From: Frankiaceae bacterium
Lineage (GTDB): Bacteria; Actinomycetota; Actinomycetes; JADGOU01
Direction: 5' to 3'
DNA: 33,395 bases
NCBI GenBank assembly: GCA_017882835.1
Contig: JADGOU010000002.1
Span: 1 to 33,395, forward strand
The first letter of the stretch is position 1; each line of letters starts with the position of its first letter. The notes under the pieces are model-generated. The model was not told the DNA's origin. It made no database searches and worked only from the letters and a program-made list of their open reading frames with translations. The translations under genes and the position numbers were made by a program. This document shows positions 1 through 13,823 of this stretch, one piece after another.

Positions 1-97
1 CCTATGCCGCTGGTCGCGTCAGATGTGTCTCGCCGACCCGTCCCCTGGCGTAGAGCCAGGCCGAACCGGCGATCAATCGTTCGATCGGGCGTGCGGC

Positions 98-394
98 TCA
101 CTCGGGCCAGGTGCCCCTGACGTCGAGATTGTAGAAAGAGGGCGGTCCGTCGCAGAGCGCCGCCATCTTCGACGCGAACTCGGCTGTCTCCGGGCGGTTC
201 GAGTTCTCCATAGCCGACTCGTGGGAGTCGAACTCGATCACGCTGAGGTAGTGGTTCGGACGGTCCCGATCGGACGTGAACGTCCCGCGAAGAACCGTCC
301 CAGCTTCGCGCTGCGCCCGCATGGCGTCAGCCAGCGCCTCCACCTCGTCGATGCGCGAGGTCGTGAACTCCACTATCTGCACGAACGCTGCCAT
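98..394 (-). CDS. small ABM-like / dimeric alpha-beta-barrel protein, function unknown
   Basis: ORF 98..430 trimmed to the ATG at 392-394 (MAAFVQIVEF...), with GGGAG about 5 nt upstream. About 98 aa. The pattern VQIVEF...YLSVIEFDSHESAMENS...CDGPPSFYNLDV resembles small ferredoxin-fold proteins common in actinobacteria. Confidence 0.6.
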   Translation of the reverse strand: MAAFVQIVEFTTSRIDEVEALADAMRAQREAGTVLRGTFTSDRDRPNHYLSVIEFDSHESAMENSNRPETAEFASKMAALCDGPPSFYNLDVRGTWPE

Positions 395-828
395 GTTGCT
401 CCCTTGCTCCGGCGGTGGAACCGAGAGCATGCACCAGCCGGCTACGCGCCGACAAGGATGACTTCATCTGCGGCGGCTCAAACATCCGCGTACTCCCGCC
501 TCATCGGACTTGTCCGAGCGGCCGTCCTGCGCCCCTGGCACAGGTCCGGAGCGCCGAAGTCCGTCTCCGCCAGGAGGCGTGCTAGCAAGGAGGGCGAGCA
601 CGTCCCTCAGCCTGACCGACGCCACACCCGCCCCAGCACCAGGTCCGCTGAGGCCGCCGTGCACGCCTCGACGGGCTGGCGCGACCTCGCCAAGAAACTC
701 CCCCAGCTCAACCAGCGGGTCAACGATCTCCGCGGCCAGCTGTAGAGCGTCGAGCAGCGCCTCGACGGGCTGGCCACCGACCCGGCCGTCGCCGCCCAGC
801 CCGACCCGGCCAGCTGGCTCGACAACGC

Positions 829-2022
829 TCAGGCGCCGACGGCCCCCCGCAGCGCCTCCACCCGGTTGGTTGCTTCCCAGGTGAAGTCCAGCTCCGGCCG
901 GCCGAAGTGGCCGTAGGCGGCGGTCTGGGCGTAGATCGGCCGGAGCAGGTCGAGATCGCGAATGATCGCTGCCGGGCGCAGGTCGAAGACAACGGCGACG
1001 GCGTCCTGGATCTCCTGGTCCGACACGCTGCCGGTTCCGAACGTCTCCACGAACAGCCCCACCGGCTGCGCCTTGCCGATGGCGTAGGCGACCTGGACTT
1101 CGCATCGGCGGGCCAGGCCGGCGGCGACCACGTTCTTGGCCACCCACCGCACGGCGTACGCCGCGGAGCGGTCGACCTTGGACGGGTCCTTGCCGGAGAA
1201 CGCCCCGCCGCCGTGGCGAGCCATCCCGCCGTACGTGTCGACGATGATCTTGCGGCCGGTGAGGCCGGCGTCGCCCATCGGGCCGCCGATCTCGAACCGA
1301 CCGGTGGGGTTGACCAGCAGCCGGTAGCCGTCGCTGTCGATCCCGGTCCCGGCCACCTCAGGAGCGATCACGTGCTCGGCGATGTCCGGCTTGAGCAGGG
1401 TCTCGATGTCGATGTCACCAGCGTGCTGGCTGGAGACCACAACGGTGTCCAGGCGAATCGGCCGGTGATCGACATACTCCACGGTGACCTGCGTCTTGCC
1501 GTCCGGTCGCAGGTAGGGGACGGTGCCGTCCTTGCGCACCCGAGCGAGCCGCTTTGCCAGCCGGTGCGCTAGCGCGATCGGCAGCGGCATCAGCTCCGGC
1601 GTCTCGTCGCAGGCGTAGCCGAACATCAGCCCCTGGTCGCCGGCGCCCTGGCGGTCCAGCGGGTCACTGTCGCCTTCGGCCCGGTGTTCATAGGCGTCGT
1701 CCACGCCCTGGGCGATGTCCGGGGACTGCGAGCCGATGGAGACGCTCACGCCGCAGGAGGCGCCGTCAAAGCCCTTCTTGGACGAGTCGTAGCCGATGTC
1801 GAGAATGCGGTCCCGCACGATCGCCGGGATGTCGGCGTACGCCTCGGTCGTCACCTCGCCGGCGATGTGCACCTGGCCAGTTGTGATCATGGTCTCCACG
1901 GCCACCCGGCTGCGCGGGTCCTCCTTGAGCAAGGCGTCCAGGACGGAGTCGCTGATGGCGTCAGCGATCTTGTCGGGATGGCCCTCGGTGACGGACTCGG
2001 AGGTGAAGAGACGCCGGGACAC
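829..2022 (-). CDS. metK: S-adenosylmethionine synthetase
   Basis: 397 aa. Hallmark motifs [32 protein letters not shown] and [22 protein letters not shown] start preceded by AGGAG. Confidence 0.97.
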   Translation of the reverse strand: MSRRLFTSESVTEGHPDKIADAISDSVLDALLKEDPRSRVAVETMITTGQVHIAGEVTTEAYADIPAIVRDRILDIGYDSSKKGFDGASCGVSVSIGSQSPDIAQGVDDAYEHRAEGDSDPLDRQGAGDQGLMFGYACDETPELMPLPIALAHRLAKRLARVRKDGTVPYLRPDGKTQVTVEYVDHRPIRLDTVVVSSQHAGDIDIETLLKPDIAEHVIAPEVAGTGIDSDGYRLLVNPTGRFEIGGPMGDAGLTGRKIIVDTYGGMARHGGGAFSGKDPSKVDRSAAYAVRWVAKNVVAAGLARRCEVQVAYAIGKAQPVGLFVETFGTGSVSDQEIQDAVAVVFDLRPAAIIRDLDLLRPIYAQTAAYGHFGRPELDFTWEATNRVEALRGAVGA

Positions 2023-2102
2023 GCTGCTCCTAGGGCGAGAGGCATACAGGGACGCGCTGGAGTAAAACCGGCGCCGTGATCAAGCCAGTTTACCGGACGC
2101 CA

Positions 2103-3344
2103 CTATTGGCCAGCCGGGCGATTGGCCAGCCGGGCGACGACGAGATCCCACACCACGTCGGCGAGGGACTCCTTCGGGCCGTCGGGTACGGCCGTCTCGC
2201 TGCCGTCCGCGCCTAAGATCACCGCCGCGTTGTGGGCCACCTCGAAACCGCGGCCGTTCCCGACCTCGTTGACGACCAGCAGGTCACAGCCCTTGCGAGC
2301 CAGCTTGGACCGGCCGTGGGTCAGCACGCCACCACTGTCGTCCCCGGTCTCGGCGGCAAAGCCCACGACGACCTGGCCGGGCCGCACCCGGTCAGCGCCG
2401 AGCTCGGTGAGGATGTCGGGGTTGCGCACCAGGGCCAGCGACGGTGGCTCCGCGGCGTCGGTCTTCTTGATCTTGACCACCGACCGCACGGCCGGGGCGA
2501 AGTCGGCCACCGCCGCGGCCATCACGATCGCGTCCGCGCCGGGCGCGGCAGCGAGCACGGCCGTCCGCAGTTCCGCGGTGGAGACGACCGGTACGACGGT
2601 GACGCCGGCCGGAAACGGTACGGCGAGGTTGGCCGCCACCAGCGTCACCTCGGCGCCGCGGGCGGCTGCGGTCTTGGCCAGCGCCACACCTTGGCGGCCG
2701 GACGAGCGGTTGCCGAGGAAGCGCACCGGGTCCAGGTGCTCGCGGGTGCCGCCGGCGCTGACCACGACGTGCCGGCCGGCAAGGTCGGCACGCAGTCCGG
2801 CGACGCCGCGGGCCAACACCAACCGCGCTACGGCGAAGATCTCGGTCGGTTCCGGGAGCCGGCCGGCACCGGAGTCGGCGCCGGTCAGGCGACCGACGGC
2901 CGGGTCGAGCACCACCGCGCCGCGCTGGCGCAGCGCGGCGACGTTGACCCGGGTGGCCGGGTGTTCCCACATCTCGGTATGCATCGCCGGCGCGTACACC
3001 ACCGGGCACGACACCGTGAGCAGCGTCGCGGTCAGCAGGTCGTCGGCCCGACCGGCGGCGGCGCGCGCCAGCAGGTCAGCGGTGGCGGGGGCCACCAGCA
3101 CGAGTTCGGCCTCCCGGCCGAGGCGCACGTGCGGCACGGAGTCGGCGTCCGCCCAGACGTCGGTAGCCACCAGGTTGCCGGACAGCGCGGCCCAGGTCGG
3201 CTCGCCGACGAACCGCAGCGCGCTGGCGGTGGGGATGACCCGAACGGAATGACCTGACTCGGTCAGCAGTCGGAGCAGCTCGACCGCCTTGTACGCCGCG
3301 ATACCTCCGGCCACGCCGAGGACGACGCGGCGACCGACAGTCAC
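2103..3344 (-). CDS. coaBC: bifunctional phosphopantothenoylcysteine decarboxylase / phosphopantothenate-cysteine ligase
   Basis: 413 aa. N-terminal flavoprotein motif GVAGGIAAYKAVELLRLL and C-terminal ligase half (NRSSGRQGVALA, KIKK). GTG start at 3344. Confidence 0.95.
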   Translation of the reverse strand: MTVGRRVVLGVAGGIAAYKAVELLRLLTESGHSVRVIPTASALRFVGEPTWAALSGNLVATDVWADADSVPHVRLGREAELVLVAPATADLLARAAAGRADDLLTATLLTVSCPVVYAPAMHTEMWEHPATRVNVAALRQRGAVVLDPAVGRLTGADSGAGRLPEPTEIFAVARLVLARGVAGLRADLAGRHVVVSAGGTREHLDPVRFLGNRSSGRQGVALAKTAAARGAEVTLVAANLAVPFPAGVTVVPVVSTAELRTAVLAAAPGADAIVMAAAVADFAPAVRSVVKIKKTDAAEPPSLALVRNPDILTELGADRVRPGQVVVGFAAETGDDSGGVLTHGRSKLARKGCDLLVVNEVGNGRGFEVAHNAAVILGADGSETAVPDGPKESLADVVWDLVVARLANRPAGQ

Positions 3345-3380
3345 GGTCGTGGGAGCGGCCGGAACGACGGAGGAAACCGG

Positions 3381-3644
3381 CTAGACCTCGACCTGCTCAT
3401 GGGTCAGCAGGCCAGCGTTGATCTCGCGCAGGGCGATCGAGAGCGGCTTCTCCTGCACAGCGGTTTCGACCAGCGGCCCGACGTACTCCAGCAGCCCTTC
3501 GCCGAGCTGCGAGTAGTAGGCGTTGATCTGGCGGGCGCGCTTGGCCGCGTAGATCACCAGGCTGTACTTGGAGTCAGTCGCCTCGAGTAGCTCGTCGATC
3601 GGCGGGTTGGTGATGCCCTCGGGGGCGGCGACAGTGCCGGACAT
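3381..3644 (-). CDS. rpoZ: DNA-directed RNA polymerase subunit omega
   Basis: 87 aa. NPPIDELL...[17 protein letters not shown] signature. ATG preceded by GAGGAG. Conserved position next to gmk. Confidence 0.93.
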   Translation of the reverse strand: MSGTVAAPEGITNPPIDELLEATDSKYSLVIYAAKRARQINAYYSQLGEGLLEYVGPLVETAVQEKPLSIALREINAGLLTHEQVEV

Positions 3645-3656
3645 GCGTCTCCTCGA

Positions 3657-4244
3657 CTAGATCAGCATTAAGGCTACCAGCCGCTCGGCCGCCTGCCCGA
3701 CCGTGTCATTGACGATCGCGCGGTCGAACTCGGGCTCCGCGGCCAGCTCGGCCCGGGCGTGTTCCAGCCGGCGCCGGACTCGCTCGTCGTCCTCGGTACC
3801 GCGGTCGGTAAGTCGGCGGACGAGCTCCGGCCAGCTCGGTGGGGTGAGGAAAACGAGCCGCGCGTCCGGTAACGCCGCCCGTACCTGGCGGGCGCCCTGC
3901 AGGTCGATCTCCAGCAGCGCGGGCAGGCCGGCCGCCAGCCGCTGCTCCACCGGCCGGCGCGGGGTTCCGTAGCAGTTCTGGGCGTACGACGCCTGCTCCA
4001 GCAGCTCGCCGGCGCGGGCCATCCGGTCGAACTCCGCAGCATCCACGAAGTGGTACTGCACGCCGTCGATCTCGCCCGGACGCGGCGACCGAGTGGTCAC
4101 CGACACCGATACCCAGACCTCGGGATGCCGGCGACGAAGCTCGGCAACGACGCTGCCCTTGCCCACGCCGGACGGGCCCGATAGCACCGTGAGCCGGGCT
4201 GCTCGGCCCGGTGTGGGCTCCGCGCCCGGGTCAGCCGTGGACAT
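3657..4244 (-). CDS. gmk: guanylate kinase
   Basis: 195 aa. P-loop [17 protein letters not shown] and LEIDLQGA motifs. The start overlaps the mihF 3' end by 14 nt. Confidence 0.95.
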   Translation of the reverse strand: MSTADPGAEPTPGRAARLTVLSGPSGVGKGSVVAELRRRHPEVWVSVSVTTRSPRPGEIDGVQYHFVDAAEFDRMARAGELLEQASYAQNCYGTPRRPVEQRLAAGLPALLEIDLQGARQVRAALPDARLVFLTPPSWPELVRRLTDRGTEDDERVRRRLEHARAELAAEPEFDRAIVNDTVGQAAERLVALMLI

Positions 4245-4560
4245 CCTCCCGGGCGAACTCCCGCTCCAACGCGCGCCGCTGGTTCACGCCCAGGCCCCGG
4301 ACCCGGCGGGTGGGCGAGATACCGACCCGCTCCATGATCTTCTGTGCCCTGACCTTGCCGACCCCGGGCATGGCCTCCAGGACGGCGGAGACCCTCATCT
4401 TGCCCACGACCTCGTCGGTCTCGCCCTTGGTCAAGACATCGGCCAGCGAGGTGCCCGAGCGCTTGAGCTGGGCTTTCAGCTCGGCCCGGGCACGTCGGGC
4501 CAAGGCGGCTTTCGCCAGCGCCGCGGCGCGCTGCTCGGGAGTCAACGAAGGCAGGGCCAC
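4231..4560 (-). CDS. mihF: actinobacterial integration host factor (mIHF/sIHF type)
   Basis: 109 aa. [35 protein letters not shown] helix-hairpin-helix region typical of mIHF. GTG start with GAGGTGA upstream. Conserved position between pyrF and gmk. Confidence 0.9.
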   Translation of the reverse strand: MALPSLTPEQRAAALAKAALARRARAELKAQLKRSGTSLADVLTKGETDEVVGKMRVSAVLEAMPGVGKVRAQKIMERVGISPTRRVRGLGVNQRRALEREFAREDVHG

Positions 4561-4851
4561 GCCAGGTCACCTCAGGTCGCATGGGTTGCAGGGAAAGCCG
4601 GGTCGCTCGGGTCGGGTGGCTCGATCGGCGAACCTAGCGAGAACCGGGCCGGCAGGGCAACGCGGCCCGCAATTGGGCAGCGGGCGGGCGTGAGCACCAC
4701 GTCTTCCCGGTGATCATTGTGCGAGGTCTCCCCGGTGATCCTGGTGCGGGGAATGCCCGCGACCCGCCGTACCGGCGCACGTCAACGGCACCACGATCGC
4801 GGGCGGGCCGACCGGCCGGGTGGGTGCGCTGTGGCCGGACGCACGCGGGGC

Positions 4852-5583
4852 TCAGGAACGCGGACGGGGGCGCAGGGTGGCGGCGATGGCGGCCGCGGCG
4901 GCGCCGGGGTCCGCCGCCGCGGTGATTGGCCGGCCGATCACGAGCAGGTCCGCGCCGTCGTCGAGCGCCCGCTGGGGCGTGGCGACCCGAGCCTGGTCAT
5001 GGACGGCCGCGCCGACCGGCCGCACCCCGGCCGTGATCAGTTTCACGTGCGGCCCCACCTCGGCCCGCACGACGGCAACTTCCTGGGGCGAGCAGACGAT
5101 GGCTCGCGCCCCGGCGTCCACCGCCAGCACGGCCAGCCGCCGGACTGCGTCGGGCAACGCGCCAGCAACCCCCACGGCGCCGAGGTCCGCTGCTGTCAAC
5201 GAGGTCAAGACGGTGACGGCAGCGATGTCGAGCCCGTCGGTCCCCCCCTCGGCCGTCTCGTCGGCGGCCGCCACCGCGGCGCGCACCATTGCCGCGCCGC
5301 CGGTGGCGTGCACAGTCAAGATCCGCGGCCGCAACCGCGCGACCGAGCGGACCGCGCCAGCCACGGTGACCGGGATGTCGTGCAGCTTGAGGTCGAGGAA
5401 GACGCCGACGCCGGTGCCGCCACGGACCACCGCGACCACATCCGGACCGTGCCGGCAGAACATCTGCAGCCCGACCTTGACCATGGACACGTGCGGGGTG
5501 ACCGCGTGCGCCCAGCTGGCCGCGGTTTCGACGTCGCTGGCGTCGAGGGCAACCGCGATGGGAGCAGAACCCCTGGTGGTCAT
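4852..5583 (-). CDS. pyrF: orotidine 5'-phosphate decarboxylase
   Basis: ORF 4852..5853 trimmed to the ATG at 5581-5583, which overlaps the pyrD stop (ATGA). Motifs PIAVALD, FLDLKLHDIP and LVIGRPIT. The 90-codon upstream extension is Arg/Gly-rich noise. Confidence 0.9.
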   Translation of the reverse strand: MTTRGSAPIAVALDASDVETAASWAHAVTPHVSMVKVGLQMFCRHGPDVVAVVRGGTGVGVFLDLKLHDIPVTVAGAVRSVARLRPRILTVHATGGAAMVRAAVAAADETAEGGTDGLDIAAVTVLTSLTAADLGAVGVAGALPDAVRRLAVLAVDAGARAIVCSPQEVAVVRAEVGPHVKLITAGVRPVGAAVHDQARVATPQRALDDGADLLVIGRPITAAADPGAAAAAIAATLRPRPRS

Positions 5584-6578
5584 TGCTCCTCCTCGGTCCT
5601 CGCTATATCGGGTCTGGGCAGACGGTCGGTGGCGAGCCCGATGACGTCGGCCACCCGGTCGATGCCGCGTTCGGCCAGCGCCTGCTCGAGCTCGGCCAGC
5701 ACTCGCACCGGAGCCCGCGGGTCGCCGAAAACCGCAGTCCCTACCGAGACCGCGGACGCGCCGGCGAGCAGGAACTGCAACGCATCCAACCCGGTGCGAA
5801 CCCCGCCCATGCCCAGGATCGGCACCTCCGGCAACACCTGCGCCACCTGCCACACGCAGCGCAGCGCCACCGGTCGGATCGCCGGCCCGGACAACCCGCC
5901 GGTGACTCCGGCCAGTGCCGGTCGCAACGTGGTGGTGTCGATCACCATCCCGAGCAGGGTGTTGACCATCGACAACCCGTCGGCACCGGCGTCCACGCAG
6001 GCGCGCGCGATCGCCACGATGTCGGTCACGTCCGGCGACAGCTTGGCGAACACGGGGATGTGGGCGGGGCTTTGGCGACGTACGGCGGAAATGACGGCGG
6101 CCGCCGCACCGGAGTCACCGGCGAACACCTGTCCACGGTCCTCCACGTTGGGGCAGGAGATGTTGACTTCGACCATGGCCAGCCCCGGCGCGCCGCGCAG
6201 CTTGGTGGCCAGCCGGACGTATTCCTCCACCGAGCCACCGGCGATGGAGACCACCGCCCGCGCGCCGCGGTCGGCCAGCCACGGCAGGTCGTGCTCCAGG
6301 AAGGCGTCGATGCCCGGTCCCTGCAGGCCGATCGAGTTCAGCATGCCGCTGGGCGTCTCGGCCATCCGGGGCGTCGGCCGACCGCTCCGCGGGCGGACCA
6401 TGATCGACTTGGTCACCACCCCGCCGAGGGCGGCCACGTCGAAGAACTGCGCCAGCTCCCGGCCGGCCGCCGCACACCCGGACGCGGTGAAGACCGGGTT
6501 GGGGAAGCGCACGCCGGCCAGCGTGGTCCTCAGGTCGACCGCCGGGGCCACCGACGGCCGGGCCACGGTGCTGGTCAC
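5580..6578 (-). CDS. pyrD: dihydroorotate dehydrogenase, class 1B catalytic subunit
   Basis: The last 332 codons of ORF 5580..7463, starting at GTG 6576-6578, which overlaps the pyrK stop (GTGA). Motifs NPVFTASG, MLNSIGLQGPG, NISCPNV (Cys catalytic base, class 1) and GGLSGPAIRP. Confidence 0.9.
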   Translation of the reverse strand: MTSTVARPSVAPAVDLRTTLAGVRFPNPVFTASGCAAAGRELAQFFDVAALGGVVTKSIMVRPRSGRPTPRMAETPSGMLNSIGLQGPGIDAFLEHDLPWLADRGARAVVSIAGGSVEEYVRLATKLRGAPGLAMVEVNISCPNVEDRGQVFAGDSGAAAAVISAVRRQSPAHIPVFAKLSPDVTDIVAIARACVDAGADGLSMVNTLLGMVIDTTTLRPALAGVTGGLSGPAIRPVALRCVWQVAQVLPEVPILGMGGVRTGLDALQFLLAGASAVSVGTAVFGDPRAPVRVLAELEQALAERGIDRVADVIGLATDRLPRPDIARTEEEQ

Positions 6579-7455
6579 GGCGTAGCTCCGGGTGGCGCTG
6601 CATCGGCGAGCGGGGCAACGGGGGCGCCCAGGGCATCCGCCGGCACCGTGCCCACGTCGCCGAAGCGCACCCGGTCGCCGCCGAAGACCGGTCCCTCGAC
6701 GCACGAGCGCACCATCCGGGTCGTTCCGTCGTCGCCCACGACCGGCAGCACGCAGGTCATGCAGACCCCGATCCCACAGGCCATCGACTCCTCGACCGCG
6801 ACCTGGCACGGGATCCCGCGGGCGGCGGCGATGGCGCTGACGGCGCGGAGCATGCCCATCGGCCCGCAGGCGTAGACGACGTCGGACCCGGTGTGCTCCA
6901 ACACGGCGGGCAGCACGTCGGAGACCCGGCCCCGCTCCCCCATCGTTGCGTCCTCGGTGGTAAACACCACACTCGTGGTCCGGCGCTTGGCCTCCAGCGG
7001 ACCGAACAGCCGGTCGGCGGTGGCCGCGCCGAGCACCGCGTCGACCCGGCAGCCGCGCGCCCGCAGGGCGTCGATCAGCGGGAACAGCGGCGCCGAGCCG
7101 TAGCCGCCGCCCACCAGGGTCGCGGTGGCCCGGTCTCGCGGCAGCCGGAACGACCGCCCCAGCGGCCCGACCACGTCGACCGCATCGTTGGGGCGTCGGC
7201 GCGCCAACCATGCAGTGCCCCGGCCGATGACCGCAAAGACGAACGTCACGGTGCCGCCGTACTGGCCGCGCTCGGTGACGGCGTGGATGGAGAACGCCCG
7301 GTGCAGCAGCATGCTGGAGTCCGGCCCACCGACGGCAACCGCGACGAACTGCCCCGGCCGGAACTCCTCGGCAATCCCGTCGGCAAGCAGCGTCATCGCG
7401 TGGTAGGCACCCACCCGCCGCATGGTCAACACCCGACCGGCCACCTGGACCGGCA

Positions 7456-7456
<1 letters not shown>
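6575..7456 (-). CDS. pyrK: dihydroorotate dehydrogenase electron transfer subunit
   Basis: 293 aa. Ferredoxin-reductase-like fold plus a C-terminal 2Fe-2S Cys cluster (CGIGVCMTC...SC). The ATG overlaps the carB stop (ATGA). Confidence 0.9.
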
Positions 7457-10763
<3,307 letters not shown>

Positions 10764-10767
<4 letters not shown>

Positions 10768-11885
10768 GCCCGCACCCGCCCGGTCTCCATCAGCGCGACG
10801 AACGCCGCGAACAGCCCGGTGGCGTCGTGCGGCCCCGGGGCGGCCTCGGGGTGGTACTGCACGCTGAACGCCGGTACGTCGAGGCAGCGCAGCCCCTCCA
10901 CCACCCCGTCGTTGAGGTCGACGTGGCTGACCTCGACCGCGCCGTACGGCGTCTGCGTCGGTCCGTCGGTCGCCGCGTCGACGGCAAACCCGTGGTTGTG
11001 GCTGGTCACCGCGACCGCCCCGGTAGCCCGATCCTGCACCGGTTGGTTCACCCCGCGGTGGCCGTAACGCAGCTTGTAGGTACTCAGGCCGAGCGCGCGG
11101 CCGAGCAGTTGGTTGCCGAAGCAGATGCCGAAGACCGGGACGCCGGCGTCGAGCACGCCGCGCAGCGCCTCGATCGCGTAGTCGGCGGTCGCCGGGTCGC
11201 CCGGGCCGTTGCTGATGAAGACCCCGTCGGGCTTCTCGGCCAGCAGGTCGCCGGCGGTGGCGGTCGCCGGCAGCACGTGCACCTCGCAACCCGCCGCCGC
11301 CATCCGGGCCGGGGTGGAACGCTTGATGCCGAGGTCGAGGGCGGCGACGCGGTGCCGGCGCTCGCCGCGAGCCGGGACCGCGTAGGGCTGCGGCGTCGAG
11401 ACTTCCCGAGCCAGGTCGGCGCCGGTCATGCCTGGGCTGGCAAGCACCCGGGCCGCCACGGTGTCGGCGCTGGTCTCGATGCTGCTGACGCCCACCCGCA
11501 TGGCGCCGCGCTCGCGGAGGTGGCGGGTCAGCGCCCGGGTGTCGATGCCGCTGATCCCGACGATGCCCTGCTCGCGCAGGTCATCGGCCAGCGGCCGGCG
11601 GGCGCGCCAGCTGGAGCTGGCTCGCGACGGGTCCCGCACGACGTACCCGGCGACCCAAATCCGGGCCGACTCCGGATCCTCGTCGTTCACCCCGGTGTTG
11701 CCAATGTGCGGCGCGGTCATGACGACGACCTGCCGGTGGTACGACGGGTCGGTCAGCGTCTCCTGGTAGCCGGTCATGCCGGTGTTGAAGACCGCCTCGC
11801 CGAAGGCCTCCCCGACGGCCCCGTATGCCTCGCCGCGAAACGTGCGGCCGTCCTCGAGCACCAGCAGGGCGGGGCGCGCGGTCAC
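10764..11885 (-). CDS. carA: carbamoyl-phosphate synthase small (glutaminase) subunit
   Basis: ORF 10764..12059 trimmed to GTG 11883-11885, which overlaps the upstream gene stop (GTGA). 373 aa. Motifs [32 protein letters not shown] and HNHGFAV. Confidence 0.95.
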
Positions 11886-12475
11886 GGCGCGACCTCGGTG
11901 GCGGCACTGGTGGTGGCACTGGTGGTGGCGCCCGGGGTGGCCGGAGTCGCGAGGTGGCGCAGGGCGCGCACCCAGACGTCGTGCTGGTCGTGGTGGTCGG
12001 CCCGGAAGCCGGTGTCCAGCAGCGCGCCGCCGTCCGGTCCCGAACGGCCCAACTCCCACGTGATCACCAGTACGCCGCCGGGCCCGACCACCTTGCCGGC
12101 GTGCGCGCTGTCCACCCGGGCGTCCCGGATCGCCGGCCCGGGCAGGAACAGCGTCGACGCGCCGTCGCGGTCTACCGTCACCCCGGTGGCCGTGAGCCGC
12201 AGCCGACCACGGGCGCGGGCGGACAGGTCCTGGGCGGCGATCCGGTCCAGCCAGTCGCCCGCCCGGGTGGTGCCGACGTAGAGGCCGGGCAGTGGGTCCA
12301 GCAGCGCCGGCCCGTCGGCGGCCGGTGGCGGCGGCAGTGGCGGCAGCGTCGCCTGGCTGCGCGCTCGCCGCCGCCAGCCGCGGCGCATCAGCAGGTACGC
12401 CGCCGCGGCCAGCGCCAGCACAGCGAGAGTGAGCAGTAGCCGGGTGCCCAGGTCGGTCACCGGTCGCGGCGTCAT
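11882..12475 (-). CDS. conserved membrane-anchored protein of unknown function embedded in the pyr operon
   Basis: ORF 11882..12535. One N-terminal TM helix ([18 protein letters not shown]) followed by a soluble domain of about 150 aa. The stop overlaps the carA start. The start is uncertain: ATG 12475 is used here, with GTG 12502 or GTG 12535 as alternatives. Actinobacterial pyr operons carry a gene in the same slot between pyrC and carA. Confidence 0.6.
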   Translation of the reverse strand: MTPRPVTDLGTRLLLTLAVLALAAAAYLLMRRGWRRRARSQATLPPLPPPPAADGPALLDPLPGLYVGTTRAGDWLDRIAAQDLSARARGRLRLTATGVTVDRDGASTLFLPGPAIRDARVDSAHAGKVVGPGGVLVITWELGRSGPDGGALLDTGFRADHHDQHDVWVRALRHLATPATPGATTSATTSAATEVAP

Positions 12476-12509
12476 CGCCACCCCGGCCAGCCGGTGGTTC
12501 ACCGAATGC

Positions 12510-13823
12510 TCACCGGCCGCCACCCGGGCCACCACTCTCGGCTGGTTTGCCGTCCAGCACCGTCGGCCGGCCGCGCAGGAAGGTCGCCACCACCCGGGTG
12601 GGCAACGTCATCCCGGCGTACGGCGTGTTCCGGCTGCGACTGGCCAACGAGCCCGGGTCGACAGTGACCGTGGCGGCCGGGTCCAGCAGCACCACGTTCG
12701 CGGGTGCGCCCGGCTCCAGCGGACCACCCTGACCGTCGAGCCGCCCGATCCGCGCCGGTCGGACCGCCATCCGGTCGGCCACGCCGGCCCAGTCCAACAG
12801 CCCGGTCGAGACCATCGCCTCGGCGACCACCCCAAGCGCAGTCTCCAGGCCGAGCATCCCGAAAGCGGCCGCGCCCCACTCGGTCTCCTTGTCCTCCAGG
12901 GAGTGCGGGGCGTGGTCGGTAGCGACCGCGTCGATGGTGCCGTCGGCGAGCGCTGCCCGCAGGGCAGCCACGTCCCCGGCGGTCCGCAGCGGTGGGTTCA
13001 CCTTGTAGACCGGGTCGTACCCAGTGACCAGGTCGTCGGTGAGCAGCAGGTGGTGCGGGGTCACCTCGGCGGTGACCCGGATGCCTTTGGCCTTGGCCCA
13101 GCGCAGGATCTCCACCGAGCCGGCGGTGGAGACGTGGCAGACGTGCAGCCTCGAACCGACATGCCCGGCCAGCAGGCAGTCTCGGGCGATCACCGACTCC
13201 TCGGCCACGGCCGGCCAGCCGGTCAGGCCCAGCCGGGCGGACACGACGCCTTCGTTCATCTGCGCCGCGTGCGTCAGTCGCGGCTCCTGGGCGTGCTGGG
13301 CGACGACGCCGTCAAAGGCCTTGACGTACTCCAGCGCGCGACGCATGAGCACCGCGTCGTCGACGCAGTGCCCGTCGTCGGAGAACACCCGCACCCGAGC
13401 CGCCGAGTCGGCCATCGCGCCCAGCTCAGCGAGCTGCTCCCCGCGCCGGCGGACGGTCACGGCGCCGACCGGGAAGACGTCGCAGTGCCCCGCGTCCCGC
13501 CCTAGCCGCCACACCTGCTCGACCACGCCGGCGGTGTCGGCCGCCGGGTCGGTGTTGGCCATGGCATGTACGGCGGTGAAGCCCCCCAACGCGGCCGCCA
13601 GCGTCCCGGAGGCAACCGTCTCGGCGTCCTCTCGACCGGGCTCGCGCAGGTGCGTGTGCAGGTCGACCAGGCCGGGCAGGGCCACCAGCCCGGCAGCGTC
13701 GAACACCTGGGCGCCGCCGGTAGCCAGCCCGCGGCCGACCTCGGCAATCACGCCGTCCGCCAAGTGCAGGTCGGTCGGCGCGGCTCCCAGGATGGTGACG
13801 TTACGTAGCAGCCAGTTACTCAC
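12510..13823 (-). CDS. pyrC: dihydroorotase
   Basis: Motifs [19 protein letters not shown] and ATDHAPH. The GTG at 13821-13823 gives [13 protein letters not shown], the usual N-terminal length, and an 8-nt overlap with pyrB. The longest ORF starts at TTG 13847. Confidence 0.92.
   Translation of the reverse strand: MSNWLLRNVTILGAAPTDLHLADGVIAEVGRGLATGGAQVFDAAGLVALPGLVDLHTHLREPGREDAETVASGTLAAALGGFTAVHAMANTDPAADTAGVVEQVWRLGRDAGHCDVFPVGAVTVRRRGEQLAELGAMADSAARVRVFSDDGHCVDDAVLMRRALEYVKAFDGVVAQHAQEPRLTHAAQMNEGVVSARLGLTGWPAVAEESVIARDCLLAGHVGSRLHVCHVSTAGSVEILRWAKAKGIRVTAEVTPHHLLLTDDLVTGYDPVYKVNPPLRTAGDVAALRAALADGTIDAVATDHAPHSLEDKETEWGAAAFGMLGLETALGVVAEAMVSTGLLDWAGVADRMAVRPARIGRLDGQGGPLEPGAPANVVLLDPAATVTVDPGSLASRSRNTPYAGMTLPTRVVATFLRGRPTVLDGKPAESGGPGGGR

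Noticed and set aside
23-745. 240-aa plus-strand ORF at the left edge
   Set aside because: It overlaps the better-supported minus-strand barrel-protein gene (98..394), lacks a ribosome-binding site at any plausible start, and is mostly Arg/Ser/Ala noise. Only its last 25 or so codons look protein-like, as noted in the low-interest finding.
2023-2102. Possible SAM riboswitch upstream of metK
   Set aside because: Only about 80 nt separate metK from the coaBC stop. I could not trace the conserved SAM-riboswitch helices in that space, so it is too short and featureless to support.
10768-11289. Long N-terminal extensions in the ORF track for carB, and likewise for carA, pyrF, pyrD, aroB, aroC, aroQ and the helicase
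   Set aside because: The extensions are Arg-rich noise that overlaps the upstream gene. In each case, a start codon sits at the point where the conserved N-terminal motifs begin and forms an ATGA or GTGA overlap with the preceding stop.
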